Assembly (NCBI RefSeq): GCF_000737315.1
Contig: NZ_JMCB01000008.1
Span: 310,001-374,000, forward strand
Length of the DNA stretch: 64,000 nt
Source of the DNA: Hyalangium minutum
GTDB taxonomy: Bacteria > Myxococcota > Myxococcia > Myxococcales > Myxococcaceae
Direction of reading: 5' to 3'
Both the position numbers and the translations under genes were made by a program. Below the pieces are notes generated by a model. It made no database searches. It was not told the origin of the DNA and saw nothing but the letters and a program-made list of their open reading frames with translations. Positions 48,112 through 56,749 of the stretch are shown here, in pieces. Position 1 is the stretch's first letter. Each line of letters begins with the position of its first letter.

Positions 48112-50190
48112 ATGACATCCATCAAATCGAAGCAGCCCTCCGCAATGCCTGTTCCCCCTCGTGCCTCCGCCGTGGAACAGAAGCCCATCACTCCCACCAG
48201 GACCACACCCAAGGCACAGACCGCCGCCGCCGCCCTGAAGGATGTTTTCGAGTCGCGTGCTCGCACGTCACCGGCCGCCCTTCGTGCCTTCGCCGTGGAA
48301 CAGAAGCCCATCACTCCCACCAGGACCACACCCAAGGCACAGACCGCAGCCGCCGCCCTGAAGGATGTTTTCGAGTCGCGTGCTCGCACGTCACCGGCCG
48401 CTCCCGCGAGCGCGTCGCCCGAGTTCTACGGTGCGGACCCGAGCACGATGGACGTCCCCGATCTCGGCGTGACCGCACGGGGACGGGACACCAGTACCGA
48501 GAGGATGATGCGGCTCCATGCCGCCGGCGTAGACGAGTTGATCATCAATCCCCGAAACGATTTCGAGAACGCCTCCAAGGCCGCCGAGAAAGCGGACAAG
48601 GAACTGGCCAAGCTCGTCGCGGGCTTTGGTCCCGCCCTGTCCAAGGAGGAACAAGACAAGGCCATCAAGGCGTTCAAGGAAACCCCACACAACGCCGAGA
48701 TCTACAAGAGAGCCGAAGAGACCGCGGACAAGCTCATCACCGCGATCAACGAGTCCCCAAAGAACCGGGACGCGGTGCCCGAAGCCTACAGAGACGATTT
48801 TGACTCGGAGGTGGCGACCGCCAAGGAACTCCTGCCTCGGCTCGCCAACACGGAGAAGGGTCAGGACGCCATCGCCGACGCCGTGGAAGCCCTGGGGACG
48901 AACGAGGAGAGTGCCGAGAAGAGCGAGAAGTTGGCCTTGCTGGCCACCGCACGCCAAGCCGTTCAAGGAGCGGATACCGCCATCGTCAAGTCCGTCAGCC
49001 AGCGTCTGCTGTCGTTGTCCAAGGACAATGCGGGCGAGGCCCAGAAGCTCTTCGACGGTTTGAAGAAGGCGGGTCCTTATCTGGGCCTCTCCGATGCGGA
49101 CGCCACGAAGCTTGGCGACAACCTCAAGGACATCCACCAGAACAAGCCCGGGGCATTGGATGCGTACAAGGAGACCATCACCCAGGCGAAGATCGATGTG
49201 CCGGGAGGCAATACCGAAGTCACACGGGACCTCTTCAAGGGCTTGGGTCTGGCCGCCACCATCGCCAGCTTCAGCTCGGGCCTGCGAGATGGAGATGTGG
49301 ATGCGGTCATCAAGACCACGTCCGAGGGACTGCAGATCGGCGCGGACGGCGCCTCACTGGTCACGGGGGTGTTGTCCGCCTCCTCCTCCAATCCCGCGAA
49401 GTATGCGTCAGTCGCCAAGGCCTTCGACAAGGTGGGAGGGGTCGCCGGAATCGTGGGCGGAGTGGCGGACTTCATCACCGCCGGCAATAGCTTCGCGGAG
49501 GGGGACTATGGCAAGGGCATCACTTCGCTGATCGCCGGGGCGGGCGGAGTCCTCTCGGGCGCGTCCGCCATCGTGTCCATTCCCGTGGTGGGACAGATCG
49601 CCGCGGGACTGCTAACGGTGGGCGGGTTCATCGGAGGCGCCATCGTCGAGGCGATCAAGGAGGCCAAGGAAGAGAAGCTCGCCGAGGACAACTCCACGTC
49701 CTTTCTGGAGGGAGGCGGCGTCCGCCCCGAGGCGGCCCGGGAACTGGCGGACCTCAGCGGCCCGGAGCACAAGAACGTGGGTCCCGCGATCGTCCAACTG
49801 GCGGAGCGCCTCAAGTTCGAACCGAGGGACTTTCTGCGCTTCATCGCCGAACAGCCTCCCGAGAAGATCGCGGGCTTTGTGGATAATGCCCTCGCCATCC
49901 CCCAGGATCCCCACAACCCGGATCGACTCGTTGAAAGCTCTTCGACCGACTACCGCTACATCGATCGCCAGGACAATCCGGTTTCCTTCGAGAAGGGACG
50001 GAAGAACCTCAGGGGTGGGAAGGACGTGAAGACTGGCAGCATCAGGCAACTGGAAGGCTACCTGAAGGACCAGAACCTCCTGCCCCCGCCCCCCCCGCCT
50101 CCCCCGCCCTCCGTGCCCAAGACGGCTCCGATCAACTTCGAGGACCTCATGGAGGTGCTCAAGGAGAAGGAGGAAGTCAAAAGCATCTGA
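48112..50190 (+). CDS. 692-aa helical hypothetical protein with a Gly/Ala-rich hydrophobic region (candidate pore-forming effector)
   Basis: Low-complexity N-terminus with a 41-aa duplication, coiled-coil core, GGVAGIVGGVAD...LLTVGGFIGGAIV, poly-Pro tail. Confidence 0.7.
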   Translation: MTSIKSKQPSAMPVPPRASAVEQKPITPTRTTPKAQTAAAALKDVFESRARTSPAALRAFAVEQKPITPTRTTPKAQTAAAALKDVFESRARTSPAAPASASPEFYGADPSTMDVPDLGVTARGRDTSTERMMRLHAAGVDELIINPRNDFENASKAAEKADKELAKLVAGFGPALSKEEQDKAIKAFKETPHNAEIYKRAEETADKLITAINESPKNRDAVPEAYRDDFDSEVATAKELLPRLANTEKGQDAIADAVEALGTNEESAEKSEKLALLATARQAVQGADTAIVKSVSQRLLSLSKDNAGEAQKLFDGLKKAGPYLGLSDADATKLGDNLKDIHQNKPGALDAYKETITQAKIDVPGGNTEVTRDLFKGLGLAATIASFSSGLRDGDVDAVIKTTSEGLQIGADGASLVTGVLSASSSNPAKYASVAKAFDKVGGVAGIVGGVADFITAGNSFAEGDYGKGITSLIAGAGGVLSGASAIVSIPVVGQIAAGLLTVGGFIGGAIVEAIKEAKEEKLAEDNSTSFLEGGGVRPEAARELADLSGPEHKNVGPAIVQLAERLKFEPRDFLRFIAEQPPEKIAGFVDNALAIPQDPHNPDRLVESSSTDYRYIDRQDNPVSFEKGRKNLRGGKDVKTGSIRQLEGYLKDQNLLPPPPPPPPPSVPKTAPINFEDLMEVLKEKEEVKSI
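48159..48401 (+). repeat. In-frame 123-nt tandem duplication
   Basis: Two near-identical units, period 123 nt (48161 vs 48284). Confidence 0.95.
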
Positions 50191-50204
50191 GGGACGTCGA
50201 GCCT

Positions 50205-50833
50205 CTACCCGTGTCGGCTCAGCAGCAGCGGTGATGCGAGCCGCTGCTCCGGGTGCATGCGCAGGAGCAGGTGGATGACGCCCGTGAGTCCCGGCATCAG
50301 CCCGGGCGAGAACGCCTCCCGCGCCAGTCCGCCCACCGGGCCGCGCTCCTCCAGGCTCGAAATCAACTCCGCGTCCATCCACGCCCGGTCCGGCCCCCGG
50401 TAGCCCTCCGGGTCGATGCGCCGCGCCGTGTCCAACAGCGCCCACGTGCCCAGGTCGCCATGGCACAGCGTGTGGCTCCAGCCGAAGCCCTCGCGCGTGC
50501 TCGCCGCGGTGGCCCGCCGCAGCACGTCCAAATACCCCTCGCCCTTCGTGCGCACGTGGAGATCGCCCGCTACCAGTCCAATCCCCGTGCTGCCGTGACA
50601 CCAGGCCGCGACGGAGTCCACCGAGCTGCCCACGCGCACGTCCTTCCAGTCGCCCAGTTCCGGCCGGTACAACGACTCCTCGAAGGCGAACGCCGCGTCC
50701 GCCAGCTCCCGCCACCGCTGCCGGTCCTCCGCCGTCCCCGCCGCGCTCAGGCTCAGGCGCGCCAGGCACCAGCCAATCCCCGTCGCGCCGTGGGCCATTC
50801 CCCCAATCGCCTCGGGGAACATCGACTCCCCCA
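50205..50833 (-). pseudogene. LanC-like cyclase domain (C-terminal part of a lanthipeptide synthetase), 5'-truncated
   Basis: GMAHGATG, WCHG, LCHG, GLMPG motifs. Truncated exactly at the IS91 repeat. Confidence 0.85.
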
Positions 50834-51297
50834 AGCGGGAGGGGAGGAGAGAAGCGAGGCGCCCCAGGCAACGGCCAGCACGGAGCCGATGAAGGAGAAG
50901 ACGCCGCGAGGAGACTGGGCCGAGTTGCTGAAGAGGACGGGTTCGCCTGCGTGAGGTGTGGAGGCAGACGGCGAGTGCTGGCGTACGTGAACAAGGCAGG
51001 AGGAGTGCGAGCGATTCTGGAGCACCGGGGCCTGCCCACGGCAGGTGTGAGGCGGGCCCCGGCGCGCGAGCCCCCTCAAGCCGCGGGGTGTTGAGGCTCA
51101 AGCCGCCAGGGCCAAGAGAGCCAAGCCCCTGCCGCCCACCTCATGGGAGGGCGGCCAGGGCCGGCGTGTACTCCAAGGGGCTGCGCGGCTTCTCCACCCG
51201 CTTGGCCCACTGCTCGGGCGGCCCCCGTCAGCGGCACTCCTCTGCACCTCCTCTCCAGCCCTCACCCTCCACATGGCCTCTATCCCGCCTATACGCG
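50834..51297 (+). mobile_element. IS91-like 3' fragment with a candidate oriIS end
   Basis: 83-bp match to 47448-47530, then DWAELLKRT..FACVRCGGRRRVLAYV..AILEH to TGA near 51095. CCTATACGCG at 51288-51297. Confidence 0.75.
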
Positions 51298-51427
51298 TCT
51301 TGCTCATTTCGTTTCCGTCTCCAGTTTGGTCCTTTTTTGGTCCCCAAAAACCGGATTTGGTCCCGAAAATGCAGTCGCAGCTCCCTTCTCAGAGGGCGGC
51401 GCCTTGAAAGCGGCGGGTTGCTCAACT

Positions 51428-51460
51428 TGGGAGCGGCGGCAATCGAACCCGCCGCTTGGA
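51428..51460 (-). repeat. tmRNA-3'-end-like att core, copy 6 (degenerate)
   Basis: The minus strand reads TCCAAGCGGCGGGTTCGATTGCCGCCGCTCCCA. TTTGGTCC occurs three times, at 51325, 51336 and 51356. Confidence 0.7.
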
Positions 51461-51631
51461 ACTTCTGGCGAGAGCGATTCAACTCGGTCGGTAGTGCGTT
51501 TCGGCCGCGTCAGCGTCGACGTACTCCTCAATTATCGAATAATGACCGGGCCTCTGCGTGACGAACCACTGGTAGCGCAACGTTCCCGGCTCGGTCGCAG
51601 CGGCGGATGCCAATGCTCGCGCCACCCGCAC

Positions 51632-52861
51632 TCAGTTGCCGGTGCCGTAGACCGCGTCGCGCACGGAGACGGTGAAAGCTCCCGACATGCCTTCGAACGC
51701 CGTGTTGGTGAGCGCCACGACCGTCAGGCGGCGCTGGGGATCCACGAACCAGTTGTGGCCGTAGGCTCCGCCCCACTGCCAGGTCCCCGCCGACTGCGGG
51801 CTCCGCGTCTGCGCCGGGTCGACGAGCACCGCCCCGATGAAGCCGAAGCCCCAGCCAGGCCCCTGCGTCTGAGCCTCCGGGCCCACCTGGGCGGAGCCCA
51901 GCTGCTCGACGGTGGCCGCAGGCAGGACCGGCGCCCCGCCCGTCCGCAGCGTCTCCAGGAACTTCAGGAAGTCACCCGCCGTTCCCACCATGCCCGCCCC
52001 TCCGGACGGGAAGGCGCGCGGGTTCAAGGCCCGCCCGGGGGCGAAATGGACGCCAGCGCCGTAGTAGGGCACCACCTGATCCTTGCCCATGCGAACCGGC
52101 TCCGGCTTCCCGTCCGCGTAGGGCGTCGCGAGCCTGCTCGCGTCCTTCACGCTGAAGCCCGTGTCCTTCATGCCCAGCGGTCCGGTGACGAGCCGCTCGA
52201 CCACCCGAGGCAGGGGCGCGCCTCCGGCTCGGGCGATGACCGCGCCCAGGACATCCGTCGCCATGGAGTAGCCCCACTGCTTCCCAGGCTCGGAGGACAG
52301 CGGCACCGAGGCGATCCGGCGAAGGTTCTCCTCCAGGGACACCTCGGACCCATCCAGGCCCGTCGAGACCCCGGCCCGGTGATACGGCCCCTGCTCCGGC
52401 TCCCGGAAGCTGTACGTCAGGCCCGCGGTATGGGTCAGCAGGTGGCGCACGGTGATGACGGGCTCGCGGCCATCCGCCAGCTTCGGCCGGAAGGTGGGAA
52501 GCCACTTCTTGATGGGCTCGTCCAGCGCCAGCTTGTGCTGCTCCGCCAGCGCCAGCGCCGTCACGGCCACGATGGGCTTGCTCATGGACGCCAGGCGGAA
52601 CACCTCATTCTCCCGCATGGGCCGCCCCGCCTCGCGATCGGCCAGGCCCGCGGCGCGCCGGTAGACGATCTTACCGTCCTTCGCGACGAGGACGACGGCG
52701 CCGACAATGCGCTTCTCGGCGATCGCCTGGTCGATGCTCAAGTCCAGCCGCGCCGCGAGGGCACGTTCCTCGGAGAAGCCCGGGGGAGCGGGGGGAGTGG
52801 AGGGGGCTGGGGCTTGAGCGACGCTGACGGCCATCAGGGCGATGGCGATGGCAGAATACAT
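51632..52861 (-). CDS. Serine hydrolase, beta-lactamase class C-like family, secreted
   Basis: Signal peptide. FRLASMSK (SxxK), HLLTHTAGL, WGYS, WGGAYG. Confidence 0.9.
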   Translation of the reverse strand: MYSAIAIALMAVSVAQAPAPSTPPAPPGFSEERALAARLDLSIDQAIAEKRIVGAVVLVAKDGKIVYRRAAGLADREAGRPMRENEVFRLASMSKPIVAVTALALAEQHKLALDEPIKKWLPTFRPKLADGREPVITVRHLLTHTAGLTYSFREPEQGPYHRAGVSTGLDGSEVSLEENLRRIASVPLSSEPGKQWGYSMATDVLGAVIARAGGAPLPRVVERLVTGPLGMKDTGFSVKDASRLATPYADGKPEPVRMGKDQVVPYYGAGVHFAPGRALNPRAFPSGGAGMVGTAGDFLKFLETLRTGGAPVLPAATVEQLGSAQVGPEAQTQGPGWGFGFIGAVLVDPAQTRSPQSAGTWQWGGAYGHNWFVDPQRRLTVVALTNTAFEGMSGAFTVSVRDAVYGTGN

Positions 52862-52936
52862 AGGGTGATACTCCTGTTTATTGAGTGACCGCTACACAAA
52901 TAAGGAACCCACCACCTCATTTCAATAGCGAACGCT

Positions 52937-53587
52937 ATGAAAACCACTTCCTCCACAGAACGGCGTCCGCGCGGGCGCCCCCGCAGCTTCGACAGCTCAA
53001 GGGCGCTCGACCAAGCCCTGGAGGTGTTCTGGCGGCTAGGGTACGAGGGCGCGTCGATCGCCGATCTCACCGAGGCGATGGGCATCACCGCGCCCAGCCT
53101 CTATGCCGCGTTCGGGTCCAAGGCCGAGCTCTACCGCCGGGTCTTGGAGCACTACCGAGCCCGGCAAGGCGGCTCGCAACCTCGCGCGCTCACCGAGGCG
53201 CCTACCGCCCGCGCCGGGGTGGAGCGGCTCCTGCAGGAGGCCGCCAGGGAGTTCTCCAGCCCTAAGCACCCTCCGGGATGCATGATCTCGACTGCGGTCC
53301 TGACGTGCGCGGAGGAGAACCAGCCCGTCGCCGAGCATGTCGCCTCCCTGAGAGCCGGTACACTGGCGGCGCTCCGGGCCCGCATCGAGCAGGGCATCGC
53401 CCGGGGAGAGCTGCCGGCCGGGACGGACGCGGCGGCGCTCGCCCGGTATTTCGGTGCCCTCCTCCAGGGCATGTCGGTGCAGGCGCTGGATGGCGCGAGC
53501 CAGGCCGAGCTCCTCGCGCTCGGGGAGATCGCGATGCGGGCCTGGGACAGCGTGGCCCAGCAGGCCACGTCGCCACGAAGACGTTGA
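52937..53587 (+). CDS. TetR/AcrR family transcriptional regulator
   Basis: RGRPRSFD...FWRLGYEGASIADLTEAMGITAPSLYAAFGSK. Divergent from the hydrolase. Confidence 0.93.
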   Translation: MKTTSSTERRPRGRPRSFDSSRALDQALEVFWRLGYEGASIADLTEAMGITAPSLYAAFGSKAELYRRVLEHYRARQGGSQPRALTEAPTARAGVERLLQEAAREFSSPKHPPGCMISTAVLTCAEENQPVAEHVASLRAGTLAALRARIEQGIARGELPAGTDAAALARYFGALLQGMSVQALDGASQAELLALGEIAMRAWDSVAQQATSPRRR

Positions 53588-53676
53588 AGAGGGCTGCACG
53601 CTGAGTGCCCCGTCATGGGGCTCAGCGGGAGTGTGCGGCGCGTGCACCTTGTCCTTCCTCTATCGATCCGGAGCGA

Positions 53677-53764
53677 GCAGGCGTACCAGGCGCACTCTCT
53701 GCGGCAACGGCTGCGCTGGACGGAGGTGGACGTGCTGCCTCTTCCCGAAAGCAGCCCCGATGCG
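53677..53764 (+). mobile_element. Short internal IS91-like transposase fragment
   Basis: Homologous to 47049-47137 ([17 protein letters not shown]). Confidence 0.8.
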
Positions 53765-53774
53765 AACCCAGTCA

Positions 53775-54378
53775 GGATGTGATGCTCGACTTCATGATGG
53801 GGCATTACCTGATCGCCTCGCTCGACGCGAACACGCAGTTCTCCGGGCACATCCTCCAGTGCCAGGAGGACAAGTTCAGGGACTCGCTCATCACACAGAG
53901 GCAAACCGGGACCGAGATCATCCGGGGGCAACGCGAGTTCTCCAATACGTTCAACATCGCCAACTGGGAGAGGCTCGGGCACTTCGCGCTCACCAAAGAG
54001 GCACTCGTGTACCTCATGAACAGCGTCATCAAGACGAAGCTCGCGCTGGCCATGGACACGAACCAGACGTTCCTCCGCACTTGGGTGCGCGTGCAGGCGG
54101 CGCTCGGCAACGCGAACACCCCCTACATCCTGGCCGGCATCCGAAAGACCAGTGCCTGGACGAAAGGGACCGCAGTCGATGTGGCACACGTGCCGAAGAA
54201 CACGGATCCCGCCTTTGAGCATTGGGTCGTGATCCGCTCGCTCAAGGCCGCGTCCGACGACAGCGATTATTACGATGTTGAGTTCTGGACGTGGCAGCGG
54301 GACTACACGGTGAAGTTCAAGAAGTCCGTGATCAGCAGTTATCTCGCCTGCTTGGTCTACGGATTCCTCGAGGACTGA
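53775..54378 (+). CDS. Hypothetical protein or 3' gene fragment following the IS91 piece
   Basis: Open frame to TGA at 54378. FEHWVVIR...YYDVEFWTW suggests a peptidase-like fold (weak). Start uncertain. Confidence 0.5.
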
Positions 54379-54447
54379 CGGCGCCCAGGGCCTCACGCCG
54401 CAAGCTCGCTGCGGAGCCCCCTATACGCGAAACCGGACAGCCGTTTC

Positions 54448-54787
54448 GAACCGCCCCCACCGCCGGGAACCGGCAGGCGGCCAAGTCTCACCAGTGAGAC
54501 TTTTGGAACGGCGGCGCAGAAGCGGGGAGCGCGACGGGCCCAGTCCACGATCGTGGACTGTCCCAGTCGTGTCCGGCGAAGACTCACGCCTGTCGCTTCA
54601 AGGGGTTGGCTGCTTGGGGCAGCCGTCCTGATGTTCCGTCCGTGAGTCACGGCCTCGCGTTCCGGAAGCCCGGGACGCGGGGCCTCTTTCCCCCGGGTTA
54701 CCGGAGGCTGCCCTCATGTCCGACGCTCCCCTGCCCGCGCTGTTTCCTGGCTACGCCCGCGACGTGCAGTGCCAGCACATCTTCCTC
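54448..54787 (+). repeat. Internally deleted copy of the 42546-43858 palindrome element
   Basis: 54448-54618 matches 42546-42716 and 54619-54787 matches 43689-43858. Palindromes at 54483-54502 and 54541-54560. Confidence 0.9.
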
Positions 54788-54867
54788 CTCGGCAGTGTCC
54801 GATAACTCGACAGCGGGCCCCGGCAGTCCCAGTCTCAGCCACCTCGATGGATAGATGAGGAGGGCCC

Positions 54868-55329
54868 ATGCTCCCGAGGATGCTCGCGGCCATCTGGCTC
54901 GTGGTCCTGTCCCTGCTGGGGAACTGCGCTGAAGCCTCACGAGAGGTCCGACAGGAGAGCGCCATCCCGGTGGATGACGGTGGTGGAGGTGGGGACTCCG
55001 TTAGCCCCCGCATCCTGGTCCTCATCGCGCGCGGGCAGTTCGCCGAGGCTCAGGTGCTCATCCAAGAGTCGCTCAGGGGCGGGCTGATGTCGCAAGCCTC
55101 AGCCACGGCGCTCCTGGTGCGCATTCAACTGCTCAACACGAAACTGGGAGAGATCCCTGCACGTCTCCAACGGGTGGCCAACTTTCCCTCGGTGCTCAAG
55201 GACTTCACGTTGTACGAGATCCGGACCTTCCTGGAGCAGCGAGACTATAGCATCGCCACGGAGGCCCAGCTCAAAATGGCTAAAAAGCTCATTGAGGAGA
55301 GCCCACGGCTGATGGAGAAGATCCCGTGA
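54868..55329 (+). CDS. Small secreted/lipoprotein-like hypothetical protein (candidate toxin)
   Basis: Hydrophobic N-terminus ending LLGNC. GGAGG RBS. Overlaps the next gene (GTGA). Confidence 0.6.
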   Translation: MLPRMLAAIWLVVLSLLGNCAEASREVRQESAIPVDDGGGGGDSVSPRILVLIARGQFAEAQVLIQESLRGGLMSQASATALLVRIQLLNTKLGEIPARLQRVANFPSVLKDFTLYEIRTFLEQRDYSIATEAQLKMAKKLIEESPRLMEKIP

Positions 55330-55865
55330 GCCCGCCCGTGAAACCCGAGGAGTTGCTGGCGCGGCTGCGCTCTGCACGCGAGGCAGCAGGAGGCAAGCCA
55401 GGTGCGCTTGAGCGCCTACGGCTTCACCGCGAACTCGCTGCCGAAGCACCCGCGTTCGTCCCCAATCTGCTGGAACTGGGACGGTGTCTGCAGTTGGCCG
55501 AGCCGGCCGCAGGTGAGGACACCTTTACCGAGGCGGAGACCGTGCTGAAACAAGCGGTAGAGCTCTCAGAACGGAGCGCCCCCGCTCTGTTGGAGTTGGG
55601 CTATTTCCTGAACCTCATCCGGGACAGGCCGCAGGAAATGGAGCCACTGCTGGAGGAAGCCGCGGGGAAGTCCCTGCGTCTGCTGGAAGATGCCTGGAGC
55701 GGTCTCATCGACGCGCTGGTCGAGCAGGGCAAGTTGCAACGGGCACTCGCCTTGAGCGGTGAGGCCCTGCGTGTATTTCCAGAATCGGCTCGGATCACTC
55801 TGTCTTCGCAGTCCGCTCGGGCTCGGGCCATTCAGGAGGGCCTCTTACCGCCGGAACCATGCTGA
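55326..55865 (+). CDS. TPR-like helical protein (candidate immunity/partner)
   Basis: TPR-like helices, translationally coupled to the upstream gene. Confidence 0.6.
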   Translation: MSPPVKPEELLARLRSAREAAGGKPGALERLRLHRELAAEAPAFVPNLLELGRCLQLAEPAAGEDTFTEAETVLKQAVELSERSAPALLELGYFLNLIRDRPQEMEPLLEEAAGKSLRLLEDAWSGLIDALVEQGKLQRALALSGEALRVFPESARITLSSQSARARAIQEGLLPPEPC

Positions 55866-56035
55866 ATGACTCTGAGAGCCGGTTGTACTCAGGACAGGCC
55901 CAGAGCCTCTCTCCTGCCCTGATGGGCAGCCAACAGTCAAACCAGGATTAACAGTAAAAACCCTACAACTCCTGGTATGAGCTGTCATGACGCAGGCTCC
56001 GCACTTGAGCGGCAACCGCGTCACAGGAGGACTCC

Positions 56036-56704
56036 GTGAAGGGACAAGAGAGAAACAGGGCATTTCGGACGGTGGTGCTGGCGGCGATGAGCTGGGGGCT
56101 GCTCGCGGGCTGTGGGCCCACGGACCTGGAGGAAGCTCTTGGGTCGAGCGAGGAGCTGGCCTCCCAGGAGGCGTCCTTGTACGCCAACCCGCGGTGCTCG
56201 ACCGTGTGCAGTCCCACCGTGTCCTGTGACTTGATGTGCGATCTGGTCCCCGGAGAGCCGTCCACCTGCGGAGATCTGGGCCGGTGTATCGACGGCGATG
56301 TGGATGCGGACGGCGTCCCCTTCCCACAGGACAACTGCCCCAGGGATGCCAACCCCGACCAGTCCGACTGTGACGGGGATGGCCGGGGCGACGCCTGCGA
56401 GACCGATCCCGGCTACTTCGTCTACAAGGCCCCCACCATGATGCTGTGCCACTTCGACCCGGACATGAGCATCAGCGGCGTCGATGTGGAGATCTACACG
56501 GCGGACGTGTACCAGGACATCAGCTGCCTCCACCTCCCGGATCGTTACGCGCGGCGCGAGGTGTCCAGCGTCCACTGCGGCTTCCACAGCGAGAGCACCT
56601 GCCAGAACCGTGTGGCGGAGCGTGTTCAGGAGCTGATGGCTCAGGGGTACTACCCCATCACCACCAGCTCAGACCAGGACATGTGCCCCTACCCGCGCTT
56701 GTAG
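56036..56704 (+). CDS. Cys-rich lipoprotein with thrombospondin type-3-like Ca-binding repeats
   Basis: Lipobox LLAGC. DVDADGVPFPQDNCPRDANPDQSDCDGDGRGDAC. Confidence 0.8.
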   Translation: MKGQERNRAFRTVVLAAMSWGLLAGCGPTDLEEALGSSEELASQEASLYANPRCSTVCSPTVSCDLMCDLVPGEPSTCGDLGRCIDGDVDADGVPFPQDNCPRDANPDQSDCDGDGRGDACETDPGYFVYKAPTMMLCHFDPDMSISGVDVEIYTADVYQDISCLHLPDRYARREVSSVHCGFHSESTCQNRVAERVQELMAQGYYPITTSSDQDMCPYPRL

Positions 56705-56749
56705 GGGCGCGCGTTCGCTCCTGCTCAAGCAGAGAGCTCCTGGGGAGTG

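Noticed and set aside
50084-50110. C-rich simple repeat
   Set aside because: It simply encodes the poly-proline tail of the 692-aa ORF.
51632-52861. True beta-lactamase resistance gene
   Set aside because: SxxK and the other motifs place it only in the broad class C-like esterase/serine hydrolase family. Substrate cannot be inferred.
22700-56000. Integrase/recombinase gene
   Set aside because: No ORF with tyrosine (R-H-x-x-R-Y) or serine recombinase motifs was recognised. A heavily decayed fragment could have been missed.
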